From a virus (lineage: Duplodnaviria > Heunggongvirae > Uroviricota > Caudoviricetes): a DNA stretch of 41,211 nucleotides. Where the stretch lies: the IMG/VR virus record IMGVR_UViG_2698536518_000008, positions 1-41,211 of that record; one strand, written 5' to 3'. A program made the translations under genes and the position numbers. The notes under the pieces were generated by a model. The model was not told the DNA's origin. It saw only the letters and a program-made list of their open reading frames with translations, and made no database searches. Positions 25,444 to 35,838 of this stretch are shown here, in pieces (the stretch's first letter is position 1; the number at the start of each line of letters is the position of its first letter).

Positions 25444-26285
25444 AACAGCTGCTGGAGCGCAAACAGGGGCGCCTTAAACCACGACGCCGACGGATGCGGC
25501 CACCAACCGCCAGCAAGCGTGCAGAGGTCTGGTATCGAGACAGGCTGATTGAGTTTGTCGATAGCATGCTTCAGACACTCCTGGACGAGCTGGACAAGCC
25601 CACACTCACCGATGCGCCCGATACCACTCCTTTGTCGATTACAGCGCGCCTTGCGGCAGTCATGCAGCGATTAGCGAGCATTTCAATTCAGGAGGTCGCC
25701 GCCCGACTCTCTGCCGGATTCGTTACGCGGGCAAACCTGCAGAACAAAGAGCAGACTCAGCGCACTTTCTCTCAGGCTTTTGGGATTGATCTGACCGGGA
25801 TGCTCGGCGATGGCGCGATAAAGCCAGAAATGGAAAAGGCGGTTAATGACAATGTCGACCTGATCACCTCCATCCATACCGACTTTATCCACGATATCGG
25901 CGCGGAGGTTTTCGAGAACATGAAAGACGGCGGCCGACATGAAAACCTGATCGACATAATCAAGGAGCGCGGGAATGTCACCCGCAACCGCGCCAGGCTA
26001 ATCGCACGTGACCAGACCTCAAAACTGAACGCAGACCTGACTGAAGCGCGAAATGTTGCTCTTGGTCTTGACCTGTATGAGTGGGGAGGTACTGGCGACG
26101 AACGGGAGCGTGACAGTCATTCCGCGTTAAACGGCATGCTCTGTAAATACTCCGATCCGACGGTCTACTCAGACGACGGCGGCAAAACGTGGAAGAAACG
26201 CTCAACCATCGGGGCATTCATCGGTAAACCCGGCGAGGATTACCAATGCCGATGCCTGGCCCTCCCTTACGTCTCATGGGATTAA
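25434..26285 (+). CDS. Head morphogenesis protein (Mu F / SPP1 gp7 family)
   Basis: 283 aa; RARLIARDQTSKLNADL ... LYEWGGTGDERERDSHSALNG motif typical of MuF-like minor head proteins. Confidence 0.75.
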   Translation: MDLKQLLERKQGRLKPRRRRMRPPTASKRAEVWYRDRLIEFVDSMLQTLLDELDKPTLTDAPDTTPLSITARLAAVMQRLASISIQEVAARLSAGFVTRANLQNKEQTQRTFSQAFGIDLTGMLGDGAIKPEMEKAVNDNVDLITSIHTDFIHDIGAEVFENMKDGGRHENLIDIIKERGNVTRNRARLIARDQTSKLNADLTEARNVALGLDLYEWGGTGDERERDSHSALNGMLCKYSDPTVYSDDGGKTWKKRSTIGAFIGKPGEDYQCRCLALPYVSWD

Positions 26286-26288
26286 TCA

Positions 26289-27434
26289 ATGAAGTGGAAA
26301 CGAACACCGCAGGGGTATGTGATTACCACTGCGACGATCACCCGCGCAGGGCCGATTGAATATTACGGTCACGAACTGGGATTAACTGGCAGCGATGCCA
26401 ACAAAAAAATCACCGTTGTCCGCACCCTCGACGAATTATCAAAACCTGAAACACTCGCTTCATTCAATGGCCTCCCGTTCACCATAACGCACCCCGACGA
26501 CGGGGAAGTCACCGCAGCAGACCACAAAGACAAAGCATCCGGTCATATCGCCAATACCCGTATCGAGGGTGGTGAGGTGGTCTGCGACGTTTTTCTGACG
26601 GATGCCGTTGCAATTAAGACGCTGGAAGAAACGGGGATTCGTGAAGTATCCGTTGGATATGAGCCTGCTGAACTCGAGGAAAGGGGCGGTAAGTATTACC
26701 ACATCAACATTCGCGGCAATCATGTCGCGGGCGTGGCAGAGGGGCGCTACGGGCCTCAGTGTAAGTTAAACGACAAAAAAGGTAAGCCGATGTTCAAAAC
26801 ATTAACTGACGCCCTGAGTTTCCTGAAGGGCAAAAAACTGAAGGATGCGGACGGTGCAGCGCTAACTCCTGACGAACTGGTCGGCATGATCGCCGCGCTG
26901 GAAAAAGCACTGGCAGAACTCCAGGGGCAAGGGACTGACGAGGCGACGGCAAAGGCTCAGGAAGTGCTGGCGCAACTCGCTGACCTTAAAACTCAACTGG
27001 AAGGCATGACGGGGGCACCATCGCCGAACGATGAAGATCCTGCCGCTGGTGGTGACGACAAGGACGCGAAAATCACTGCGCTGGAAACCGAAAACGCCGA
27101 TCTGAAAGCGAAGGTTAAAGCGCTGGAAGAAGAACTGGAGCAGCTGAAATCCGGCAACGAAACCAGCACCACACTGGCAGACGCGAAAGCCCGCTTCCCT
27201 AAAGTCAGCTTCAATGATGCCAAATCAGCGCGTGACGTGCGTGCCGCCGTACTGGTGAGCACTAAAGCATTTAACGATGCTGAGGTCAAAGCAATGACTG
27301 ACAGCGAAGTCCGCGCGGCATATGCGGCTATTCAAGCCACCTCGAAGCCACGCAGTGAAATCGGTGCTCATCTGTTTAACGACTCCGCGAACAAAAGCAC
27401 TAAAACCGCAACTCAACGCCTTGGGGGTAAATAA
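26289..27434 (+). CDS. Putative scaffolding / prohead-maturation protein
   Basis: 381 aa; C-terminal half strongly alpha-helical/coiled-coil (ALEKALAELQ, TALETENADLKAKVKALEEELEQLKS); position between MuF-like and capsid genes. Confidence 0.5.
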   Translation: MKWKRTPQGYVITTATITRAGPIEYYGHELGLTGSDANKKITVVRTLDELSKPETLASFNGLPFTITHPDDGEVTAADHKDKASGHIANTRIEGGEVVCDVFLTDAVAIKTLEETGIREVSVGYEPAELEERGGKYYHINIRGNHVAGVAEGRYGPQCKLNDKKGKPMFKTLTDALSFLKGKKLKDADGAALTPDELVGMIAALEKALAELQGQGTDEATAKAQEVLAQLADLKTQLEGMTGAPSPNDEDPAAGGDDKDAKITALETENADLKAKVKALEEELEQLKSGNETSTTLADAKARFPKVSFNDAKSARDVRAAVLVSTKAFNDAEVKAMTDSEVRAAYAAIQATSKPRSEIGAHLFNDSANKSTKTATQRLGGK

Positions 27435-27436
27435 CT

Positions 27437-27928
27437 ATGGCTTTCGGATTTACTGACTGGGATGGTGCCGACGGCACTATTAAACCAGGTTCAATCAAAC
27501 GCGCCTCCAGCTCTAACGATAAAGTCTGGGGGGAAGAGAACCTGACCGAAACGAAATTGCCCTACGGCACGTTCGTAGCTGTCAACCCGGACGGCGGCGT
27601 GATGCCTCTCGCAGCTGGCAAACGCATTCACGGGATTGTGGTGCGCGACATTTACGGCGAAGGTGCACCGCACACCAAGCAGGTCAACGTAGGGAATTTC
27701 TCTCACGGCGACTGCGTCGGCGCGCTGACAGTCGATGACGCTGATTTTACTCGTGGCGCGGCGGCTTACATCGTGGCGACGGGTGCCGATGCCGGAAAGG
27801 TGACGACAGAAGCAGCCGGAAATATTGATTTGGGTTTCTGGGTGGAAGATGTGAGCGCGGGTAATAACTGCGTGGCTATCACCCTGGGCTACGTACAACA
27901 GGCAGTTCAGCAGACGGAAGGAGCATAA
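27437..27928 (+). CDS. Putative head decoration/structural protein
   Basis: 163 aa Gly/Ala-rich protein directly upstream of major capsid gene. Confidence 0.4.
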   Translation: MAFGFTDWDGADGTIKPGSIKRASSSNDKVWGEENLTETKLPYGTFVAVNPDGGVMPLAAGKRIHGIVVRDIYGEGAPHTKQVNVGNFSHGDCVGALTVDDADFTRGAAAYIVATGADAGKVTTEAAGNIDLGFWVEDVSAGNNCVAITLGYVQQAVQQTEGA

Positions 27929-27931
27929 CCA

Positions 27932-28900
27932 ATGCCTATGGAATCAGCAGATTTCGAAGAAGTGCTGCAGGAAGCGCTAACTGAGCGTGATATGCAGTTG
28001 CAAGAAAAAGAACTTCCAGAGATCAACATCGGTGAAGCCCTCCCGGTTAAAGACGGCCTGGATTTTTCTCTGGAATATGTGGATTTCGGCGTGTCAGAAG
28101 TGGTCGGGTCGGTTAAAGACGGCATCATTGGTAACAAAACCAACAGCCTGAAAACCATTGATAGTGAAATCGAATGGCTGAAAGCGCCTGTTGGCCAGTG
28201 GGCTAAAGCTGCAACCTGGACTCAGCAGGAACTGGAGAAGATCGCACGTCTGAACATCAACCTGCAGACCAAAAAGCAGGATGATCTGTATGCCAACGCC
28301 CTCGCTACCATTCAGTATGCCGGTTACGTCGGCCATCGCGGCGTTAAAGGTCAGGAAGGGTTGCTGACAGGGACGAAAGTACAGCTTATCACCGACACGT
28401 CAGGCAAAACCATTGCCGAAATGACCTCTGATGGGTTCGTGAAACTGGTGCTGGATGCTTATAACGCGGCATGGCGCAAATCCGGCTATCGTATCCAGCC
28501 AACGCATATCGCCATGGACGCCAGCGACTTTATGCTCGCCATGCAGAAATTCGACCCGAATCCGATTGTTGTGGGTACTGACCTGCTCCCGATTGCGGCG
28601 ATGGATCGCATTATGGCGGCGCTGCGTAAGGCTTCTGGTAATGAGTCTTTCAACATTACTTTCGTGAAAGTCCCGAGCAATTACGCGGTAGGTATCAAAT
28701 CGGGTAAAACCCGCCTGGCAATCTACACCTACGAAGCCGATTACATCGAAATGGAAGTGCATATGCCAGAACTGCTGGCAGCACGACAGCGTGATCTGCT
28801 GACCTATGAGTGTGGTTATCGCTCTGCCTTCGGTGGCGCGATGTGGAAACAGCCGCAGTCCGGGGTGTATGTGGATTACAAATCCTCTCCGGCAGAGTAA
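27932..28900 (+). CDS. Major capsid protein (putative)
   Basis: 322 aa; size and position (after scaffold/decoration, before connector genes) typical of major capsid. Confidence 0.6.
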   Translation: MPMESADFEEVLQEALTERDMQLQEKELPEINIGEALPVKDGLDFSLEYVDFGVSEVVGSVKDGIIGNKTNSLKTIDSEIEWLKAPVGQWAKAATWTQQELEKIARLNINLQTKKQDDLYANALATIQYAGYVGHRGVKGQEGLLTGTKVQLITDTSGKTIAEMTSDGFVKLVLDAYNAAWRKSGYRIQPTHIAMDASDFMLAMQKFDPNPIVVGTDLLPIAAMDRIMAALRKASGNESFNITFVKVPSNYAVGIKSGKTRLAIYTYEADYIEMEVHMPELLAARQRDLLTYECGYRSAFGGAMWKQPQSGVYVDYKSSPAE

Positions 28901-28914
28901 TCACAGGGGGTAGC

Positions 28915-29277
28915 ATGGAATTCACCGTTCGTTACCCCGAGTTCGCCAGTGTTGCCCCTGCTCGAATAGAAGGGGCGCTACAGGATGCAGCAAACCAGAT
29001 GAGCCGCAAAGTATGGAACAAGCTCTATGAGCAAGGGCTTCATGCTTTAGCGGCACATCTTCTTTATGCCTCAGGTGCGTTAACCCCTTCCGGAAATTCC
29101 AGCGGCAAAACTGCCCAGTCAATAACCAGTCGTTCAGTGGCTGGATTGTCTTTAGGGTATTCCGCCCCGGATGCCGGGTTTGGTGCAAATCACGATGGTT
29201 ATGCCTCCAGTTCTTACGGCCAGGAATACATCAGGTTACGTAAGCTGGTGGGCGTCCACGTGCTGGCGATTCGTTAG
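28915..29277 (+). CDS. Head-tail connector / head completion protein (putative)
   Basis: Track ORF 28810..29277; likely start ATG 28915 (MEFTVRYPEF...). Confidence 0.4.
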   Translation: MEFTVRYPEFASVAPARIEGALQDAANQMSRKVWNKLYEQGLHALAAHLLYASGALTPSGNSSGKTAQSITSRSVAGLSLGYSAPDAGFGANHDGYASSSYGQEYIRLRKLVGVHVLAIR

Positions 29278-29283
29278 GGCGGA

Positions 29284-29865
29284 GTGTTTCTCATGACGCC
29301 AGAAGAAACCTTAAGACTAACCACGGAATATCTGAAGAACCTTCAGGCGATGAAAACCCATTACGTCGCCGTAGGTTTGCCAGCGGGCAAGGTGGGAAAT
29401 AAAACCCACGATGACGGAACATCGATAATTGAGATCGGGGCGGTTCACGAGTTCGGTGCTGAAATCGATCACCCTGGCGGGACGGGGTATATGGCAACCG
29501 GTGGAAAAGCTACGTTTACCCGCAAGACCTTCATGGGTCCGGTTAGCGGATTTACAGCGGCTCACAAGATAACGATTCCTGAACGATCCTTTCTTCGCGC
29601 TCCTTTCACCCTCAAAAAGTCGGAAATTAACCGGGCAATCGAAAAGGCCTGTGAAGCCGTAGGCTCCGGGCGTATGGATGCTGACACCGCATTAAATTTG
29701 ATAGGCGCGACGGCGCGAAATATCAGCGTGAAGGCCTTTGAGATTGCCGGGTATGGCACGTGGTCAGATATCACTGCTGCAACTAAAAAGGCTAAAGGAT
29801 CGTCTGCGCCGTTAATTGATACAGGCGCCCTGCGTGGTGCCATAACGTGGGAGGTTCGTAAGTGA
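29284..29865 (+). CDS. Hypothetical virion morphogenesis protein
   Basis: 193 aa in head-tail joining gene block. Confidence 0.4.
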   Translation: MFLMTPEETLRLTTEYLKNLQAMKTHYVAVGLPAGKVGNKTHDDGTSIIEIGAVHEFGAEIDHPGGTGYMATGGKATFTRKTFMGPVSGFTAAHKITIPERSFLRAPFTLKKSEINRAIEKACEAVGSGRMDADTALNLIGATARNISVKAFEIAGYGTWSDITAATKKAKGSSAPLIDTGALRGAITWEVRK

Positions 29866-30218
29866 GCGACTTATCAGACCTTGATATGAGCGACGCGTTA
29901 ATCGGCTGGGAACAGCCTGTAAAACTCAAAACCCGCACTGAAACCACCATCGATTTTGAACCGGTCGTGACTGTTAACAGCCAGGACATTCTGGCGGTGG
30001 TGCAAAGTGCGAACAAAGAGAATCTGACGCTGGATAGCCTGGACTGGTCGAAAGAATATCTGCTGATTCATGCACGGCTGAAAATTGAAACCGGTCAGTT
30101 TATTGAGAAGGGAGGCAAGGACTACAAAGTCGTGTCCCCGGCCGATTTTATGGATTACGGATTCTGCGCTGTCATCGCCGAGGAAACCCGGCTCCCGCTA
30201 CTGGTGCCAACGCCATGA
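29862..30218 (+). CDS. Hypothetical virion morphogenesis protein
   Basis: 118 aa; ATGA coupling with neighbours. Confidence 0.4.
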   Translation: MSDLSDLDMSDALIGWEQPVKLKTRTETTIDFEPVVTVNSQDILAVVQSANKENLTLDSLDWSKEYLLIHARLKIETGQFIEKGGKDYKVVSPADFMDYGFCAVIAEETRLPLLVPTP

Positions 30219-30703
30219 CACAACCCCATCTGAAAGCTGTCGCGCGTTTCGTACGTGACCTTCTGGACTACGACGAACAGCTGATCAAGTTCGACCGTCG
30301 GAACGTGCAGGCGTCCGACTTTTCCACCAGTTATATCGTGGTAAACGGCTCACTACCGCAATCAGTGCTGGCCCGTGGCCAGCGCTTTAATGGTGACGCG
30401 GAAGTGATGACTTATAGCGCCTCAGTGAGCCACGCGATTGTCCTGGAGTTTTACGGGGATAAGGCTTACGTCAACGCTGAAAGCTTCATGATGCTGAGTG
30501 AAAGCCAGCACGCGAACGAACTGCGCCGCACGCATTCACTCACCATCATGGCCGTCTCAAACATCATCGATGTGGGGCAACTCCTGGGGCAGTCCCACGG
30601 TAATCGTGTTCACCTGAGTTTCAATGTTCAGTATGCCCCTGCGCGGGACGTGCAGACACTGCGCATCGATACGCCGCAGTTTCAATTTTTAGAGGACAAG
30701 TAA
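30215..30703 (+). CDS. Hypothetical tail completion/terminator-like protein
   Basis: 162 aa immediately upstream of sheath gene. Confidence 0.4.
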   Translation: MTQPHLKAVARFVRDLLDYDEQLIKFDRRNVQASDFSTSYIVVNGSLPQSVLARGQRFNGDAEVMTYSASVSHAIVLEFYGDKAYVNAESFMMLSESQHANELRRTHSLTIMAVSNIIDVGQLLGQSHGNRVHLSFNVQYAPARDVQTLRIDTPQFQFLEDK

Positions 30704-32206
30704 ATGTCGGCATCAATTAATAACGTCATTAATGTGACGCTTCTCGAAGAGGGACGGGCGGCGGCGCGAGATAACATCAACGTTTGCGCAATTCTGACCA
30801 GCCAGACGGGGGTATTGAGCACTGCTGAACGCTGGCGTTCATACAAAAGCGCATCTGCTGTCGAACAGGACTGGGGGGCTTCTTCAGTCACCGCAGCTTT
30901 TGCGAATGTGTTTTTCGGGACCAGTCCTAACCCGGTATCCGCGGGCGGCACGCTGATCGTCGGTTACTGGAACGCTGCCGGGGAAACGCTGCCTGCGACC
31001 AGCGGTGTACTGCGTGGCGGTGAGATTTCTCAGGCAGTCGTACTGCCAGCGTTACGCGAGAAGTCTGACTGGTCATTCAGTATTGAGATTGACGGCACTA
31101 AGCACGATGTGACTGAAATTAATGGCATGACGGCGACGACACTGGCAGATGTCATCGCCCAAATCCAGGCGAAAATTACGCCAGATGTTGCATCGGTTGT
31201 TTTTGATGGCAGCCGTATAGCGATTACCAACAAATCGACAGGGACTAACTCTGTTGTTGGTTATCCGACAGTGCTGGATGGTGGCTCTTTTATTGGCGAT
31301 CTGCTGGCGGTTGCGGAGGGTTCCGGCGCTTCGCTGGTAAACGGTAGCGCATCAACTGAGATTTCACCGGAAACACAACTGGAATCTCTCAGCAAACTCA
31401 AAGCGCAGGTCAACGTAAAAGGCGCGGCCTTCATCGACAAAATTCTCGATGCGCAGGTGCCGTTGATCGCTTCATGGGCTAAAGCGAACGCGGTAATCGT
31501 GTATGAGACATTTACCGGTTCGGCAGCTCTGGAAGTTGATCCGACTAACCCGGCATGGGCGGTAACACTCGCCAGCCAGAGTAATTTCCGCATGCTCTAC
31601 AGCAAAACAGGCAACCGGAAATTTGGTGTTAGCTATATGGCGCGCACGCATACCGTTAATTTCAACGGAGAACGCACTGCAATCACTTTGCACCTCAAAA
31701 CGATGAACGTGCCGGCCGAAAGTTATGAGCAGACGGAGATCGACAAAGCGAAGCGTGTAGGTCTCGACATCTACACCACGATTAAAGACGTTCCCTGCGT
31801 GCTGTCGAGCGGTGCTAATGATTTTGTCGACAACGTCTATAACCTGATGGCCTACGTTGACGCAGTGCAGACGGATTCCTTCAACCTCCTTAAAACCACG
31901 CCGACTAAAGTCCCACAAACCTATTATGGCGTTGATCAGTTAGAGGACTGTGTAGAGAAAACCACGCATGGGTTTGTGAAGGCTGGGGTGTTCAATCCGG
32001 GTACCTGGACGCTGCCTGACTTCTTCGGGGATCGGGATATGTTTCTGCGAAATATCGAGCAAAACGGGTATTACGTGCTGGCCGGTGACCTGAAAGACCA
32101 GTCAACCGCAGACAGGCAGGAACGCAAATCCCCGGTTGTTCAGGTAGCAGTGAAGAATGCTGGTGCTGTTCACAGTGCCGATATCATCATCAATTTCAAT
32201 AAATAA
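30704..32206 (+). CDS. Tail sheath protein (contractile tail)
   Basis: 500 aa; conserved order sheath - tube - chaperone - tape measure; family recognition tentative. Confidence 0.65.
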   Translation: MSASINNVINVTLLEEGRAAARDNINVCAILTSQTGVLSTAERWRSYKSASAVEQDWGASSVTAAFANVFFGTSPNPVSAGGTLIVGYWNAAGETLPATSGVLRGGEISQAVVLPALREKSDWSFSIEIDGTKHDVTEINGMTATTLADVIAQIQAKITPDVASVVFDGSRIAITNKSTGTNSVVGYPTVLDGGSFIGDLLAVAEGSGASLVNGSASTEISPETQLESLSKLKAQVNVKGAAFIDKILDAQVPLIASWAKANAVIVYETFTGSAALEVDPTNPAWAVTLASQSNFRMLYSKTGNRKFGVSYMARTHTVNFNGERTAITLHLKTMNVPAESYEQTEIDKAKRVGLDIYTTIKDVPCVLSSGANDFVDNVYNLMAYVDAVQTDSFNLLKTTPTKVPQTYYGVDQLEDCVEKTTHGFVKAGVFNPGTWTLPDFFGDRDMFLRNIEQNGYYVLAGDLKDQSTADRQERKSPVVQVAVKNAGAVHSADIIINFNK

Positions 32207-32216
32207 GGAGCGGTAA

Positions 32217-32648
32217 ATGTCTCAGATTGTTATCAGTGCAGATACCGCGACCATCGTTCTGAATGGGCGAATCATCACGGATATCGCTGCGGGGGACTAC
32301 GTCACGCTGACGCCATCCAATCCGCTTACAAGCCGCGCCAATAGTGCGAATAACGGCGTCACAATCTCGGGGCGTGTTGATGCCGGGGTGCATGTGATGG
32401 TGATACGTGTCCAGAAATTTTCTAACGATGATATCTGGCTTAACCAGCAGCGTACCGCCGCGATCCCCGTTGTCTTTAACGGCTCAGTTAAAGAGTCGTT
32501 CGTGCGCGACGGCGCGGCACTGAAGGAAACCTACGATCTTCAGGCCGGTTCTATCACCACACAACCGACGCAAACCAAAAACAACCAGGACGTTAACGCA
32601 CTGATGGAATACACCATTGAGTACCGCAATGTCGTGCGTAATGTATAA
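32217..32648 (+). CDS. Tail tube protein
   Basis: 143 aa directly after sheath gene. Confidence 0.55.
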   Translation: MSQIVISADTATIVLNGRIITDIAAGDYVTLTPSNPLTSRANSANNGVTISGRVDAGVHVMVIRVQKFSNDDIWLNQQRTAAIPVVFNGSVKESFVRDGAALKETYDLQAGSITTQPTQTKNNQDVNALMEYTIEYRNVVRNV

Positions 32649-32656
32649 GGTCAGAT

Positions 32657-33070
32657 ATGTCTAAAGAACAGCAGAAAAAAGCACTCGAGATGATCAAGGC
32701 GGTCTACGATGACGGTTTTGCTGAAATCAACGGCAACCGCTACGACTTTGCTGCGATGACACACAAAAAACGCCGCAAGGTTTTTGCCTTCTTCACAGGC
32801 ATTGCCTCTGAGTTATCGCGGCAGTCTCTTGAGTTTCTGGACTCAGAGCGATTTGAGGAAATTGAACGCCTGATGTTCGATTACGTTCTGTTTGACGGTG
32901 TGCAACTGTCTAAGCAGCCGGAACACTTCGAATCCTACCCTGGTGATTACGTCATGCTAATCACAACAGCGCTTCAGGTTATCAGCCTGCCTTTTATGGG
33001 CGGGAGCAATATGAACTCACGTTCAGAAGCTCCAGACGTTCAGAAATTTACGTTAAATCCTCGAACATAA
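32657..33070 (+). CDS. Tail assembly chaperone (gpG-like)
   Basis: 137 aa acidic protein immediately upstream of tape measure; overlapping alternative-frame ORF present (see next feature). Confidence 0.55.
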   Translation: MSKEQQKKALEMIKAVYDDGFAEINGNRYDFAAMTHKKRRKVFAFFTGIASELSRQSLEFLDSERFEEIERLMFDYVLFDGVQLSKQPEHFESYPGDYVMLITTALQVISLPFMGGSNMNSRSEAPDVQKFTLNPRT

Positions 33071-33237
33071 GCGACGACATGAGCATGTATCTGGCGCTAT
33101 CAAAGGCCGGATACGGCCCCTATCACGAACTTGTTAAATTAGACACACCAGAGCTGTTTGACATGCTTGAGTTCGAGAATATCAGCGCAGACATTCAACA
33201 CTACGAGATGGAGAAGGCGCGGAATGGCGATAGTTAA
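32947..33237 (+). CDS. Probable -1 frameshift extension of tail chaperone (gpGT-like fusion segment)
   Basis: Frame -1 relative to chaperone is open from 32947 to TAA 33235-33237, overlapping the last ~40 codons of the chaperone and ending at the tape-measure start; slippery site not pinpointed. Confidence 0.35.
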   Translation, partial: LRHANHNSASGYQPAFYGREQYELTFRSSRRSEIYVKSSNISDDMSMYLALSKAGYGPYHELVKLDTPELFDMLEFENISADIQHYEMEKARNGDS

Positions 33238-35020
33238 CGAGCTTATTACCAAATTCGGTTTTATCGGTAATCTGGCGCCGCAGGAAACCTTCAATGCAAA
33301 TCTGAAAGCATCTATTGGTTTGCTTGCCGGGCTTGGAGCCGCTATCGCCGGTTCGGCTGCGGGGGTTGCTGGCTGGGTGACGTCTGTCAGTCAGTCTATT
33401 GATCCGCTGGTCCAGTTCTCCCGGGAAACGGGGGTGGCGATCGAGACCGTTCAGTCACTGGGTTACGCGGCGTCTGTAAATGGCTCAAGTGTTGATGCGT
33501 TGCAGGCTTCGCTAGGTGAGATGACAAAAAGAGTGGGGGAGTTCGTTTCCACCGGTGAGGGGGAGGCGAAAGACGTTGCGGAAAGGCTGGGCCTTCAGTT
33601 CAAGGATATGAACGGGCAGGTAAAAAACTCCGATGTGATATTTCGTGAACTGGCCGACAAACTGCACGGCATGAGCCAGGCAGAGAAGTTTTCTGTTCTG
33701 GATAAGATGGGTATCGACCGTTCCATGGTGCAGTTGCTATCCATGACGGGCGAAGAAATATCTTCGTTGCAGAACAAGGCCGAGGCGCTTGGTGTTGTCA
33801 CGCAAGACCAGGCCGATCAGTTTGCAGCCTACAACGATTCTCTGACAACGCTGGGGAAAGGCTTTGATGGTATCAAATTTCAGGTTGCCGTCGGATTTGT
33901 GCCGGTACTGAAAGACCTGGTGGATGGGTTTACGGACATTCTCATTGCTAATAAGGATCTCATCAAAAACGGGCTGGCCCATCTTGGGGAAATTATCTTC
34001 TCCGTTATGGGTATGATCCGTCGCTTCCTGCCGATTATTGGTCTTATTACCACCGGATTTGTAGCCTGGAAAATTGCTGCTATAGGACTTAGAGCGGTGC
34101 TGGCAACCATATTCTCTCCTGTCGTACTGATCACTGCCGCCATTATCGCTGTCGTTCTTGTTATCGATGATTTGCTGACGGCTATGGAAGGTGGCCAAAG
34201 CGTTATTGCTGATTTCTTCAAAGATAACTGGGGAATAGATATTGTTCCCGCACTGAAAGAGGCGAAAGCGTCGCTCATGGCTTTCATAAACTACGCTATT
34301 GGCGTGTTTAAACCGCTTGCTGATGCGATTGCCTCCATGTTCAGGATGGTGTGGCATCTCATCACAGGTGCGTTTACGGGTGATTTTCAGGGTGCGATGA
34401 AGGATGCGCAGAATATCTTTGATTCTCTTATAGCGTTTATCACTGGTGCATTTGGTGTCGTTGGTGATGCGATTAAATACGTGTTTGGCGATGCCGGCGC
34501 GTTTGTCGTTGATGTATTCACTACTGCCATCGAAAACACGAAGCTGATGTTCTCAGCACTATGGAAGTTAGTCGCTGGCGATTTTGAAGGTGCATGGGGG
34601 GATGTGGTAAAAATCTTCGATAACGGCGTCGAACTGATGAAAAAACCATTCACGGCTTTTATTGACTGGGCGAAAAACATCTTTGCTGGGCTGGGGGAAT
34701 ACATCAGCAATATTATCAGCAACGCTGCTTCAAATGCCTGGAATGCGACAAAGTCATTCTTCGGGGTCGGTGAGGATGAACAGCAGCAGGGAGTAACCGG
34801 CGGCGGTAACGGCGGCATGAGTCCTGGTGGTATTCCTTACGGCATGAATGCTGCGGTGGGACTCGGTGGTGGTGGCGTGACAAGCAATTCAAGCGTCAGC
34901 CAGCAGAACACGATTCACATCAACACATCCGATCCGGTTGTCGCCGGGAATACTGCGGCAGATAGCCTGCAACAAAACATGAAGGATGCCAACCGGTTGA
35001 GTGGCAGAGGAGGTCGGTAA
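33224..35020 (+). CDS. Tail tape measure protein
   Basis: Track ORF 33158..35020; likely start ATG 33224 (MAIVNEL...); ~600 aa with internal hydrophobic segments, repetitive FxxxAxGD/GAW motifs and Gly-rich C-terminus. Confidence 0.8.
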   Translation: MAIVNELITKFGFIGNLAPQETFNANLKASIGLLAGLGAAIAGSAAGVAGWVTSVSQSIDPLVQFSRETGVAIETVQSLGYAASVNGSSVDALQASLGEMTKRVGEFVSTGEGEAKDVAERLGLQFKDMNGQVKNSDVIFRELADKLHGMSQAEKFSVLDKMGIDRSMVQLLSMTGEEISSLQNKAEALGVVTQDQADQFAAYNDSLTTLGKGFDGIKFQVAVGFVPVLKDLVDGFTDILIANKDLIKNGLAHLGEIIFSVMGMIRRFLPIIGLITTGFVAWKIAAIGLRAVLATIFSPVVLITAAIIAVVLVIDDLLTAMEGGQSVIADFFKDNWGIDIVPALKEAKASLMAFINYAIGVFKPLADAIASMFRMVWHLITGAFTGDFQGAMKDAQNIFDSLIAFITGAFGVVGDAIKYVFGDAGAFVVDVFTTAIENTKLMFSALWKLVAGDFEGAWGDVVKIFDNGVELMKKPFTAFIDWAKNIFAGLGEYISNIISNAASNAWNATKSFFGVGEDEQQQGVTGGGNGGMSPGGIPYGMNAAVGLGGGGVTSNSSVSQQNTIHINTSDPVVAGNTAADSLQQNMKDANRLSGRGGR

Positions 35021-35826
35021 TGGGGATTCTAGACGGCCTCATGCAGGCGCAATCTTCTGGCAAAGATACTGTTAAAAAGGTAGGGATCGGCGGGTTCTCA
35101 ATGTTTGCCCGAGTGAGCGATGCTACTGAATACCCGTCTCAGGTTCCTGTAGACGTGCTGGAGGATGGCAGTAACGCGTCAGACGACATTATCAATGGCC
35201 CGCTGACGATAAAAATCAGCGGTGTTGTTGCCGATATTTTTGTCGATGCGAAACCAAACTCTTCTTTTAGCCTGATGCCAGATTATTCGAAGTATGGTGA
35301 GGTGCTGGAGTACATCCCCGCAAAGACGCAGCAGCAGTTGCAAAAAATGAATGAGATTGCCGACCGCGCAGAGCAGGCCATCTTAAAGGCAAAACGCCTG
35401 GCTGATAAAGGAGCCGACCTGTTTGGGCTGGTGGGCAACCCGTCTACTGGTGGCGCTAAAGGTATACGCGAGCAATTTCTCGACTTCATTGAGGGGGTGT
35501 ACTACGGCAAGCAGCTTATTTCCGTGGAGGTGGATTATCGCACCCATGAAAATATGGCGTTAAGCGGCCTGACCATCAGTACCGACAATCAAACGATGGA
35601 AACTAAGTTTGAAGCCAGTTTTACAAAAATCACCTTCACGCAACTGACTACCGCACCGATTGAGCAGCACTTCAAATCCCCCTCGGCAGCTGCTAAATCA
35701 AAAACGGCGGGCGTTGCTAATAAGGGGGCGCAGACGCCCGCTGATAATTCTAAAAAAAGTAACGGGACCAGCCAGTCAAAATCAGTCATGACCTCGTTAA
35801 AAGGGGCGGCGAAATCTTTATTCTAA
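35020..35826 (+). CDS. Tail/baseplate protein (putative DNA-circulation or hub-associated)
   Basis: 268 aa directly after tape measure, ATGG overlap. Confidence 0.4.
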   Translation: MGILDGLMQAQSSGKDTVKKVGIGGFSMFARVSDATEYPSQVPVDVLEDGSNASDDIINGPLTIKISGVVADIFVDAKPNSSFSLMPDYSKYGEVLEYIPAKTQQQLQKMNEIADRAEQAILKAKRLADKGADLFGLVGNPSTGGAKGIREQFLDFIEGVYYGKQLISVEVDYRTHENMALSGLTISTDNQTMETKFEASFTKITFTQLTTAPIEQHFKSPSAAAKSKTAGVANKGAQTPADNSKKSNGTSQSKSVMTSLKGAAKSLF

Positions 35827-35838
35827 TGAGAGCAACGT

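Noticed and set aside
33737-34357. Minus-strand 206-aa ORF inside the tape-measure gene (and similar antisense ORFs such as 22174-22644, 23083-23544, 28400-28762)
   Set aside because: They sit entirely within well-supported plus-strand structural genes and have no start context; antisense artefacts.
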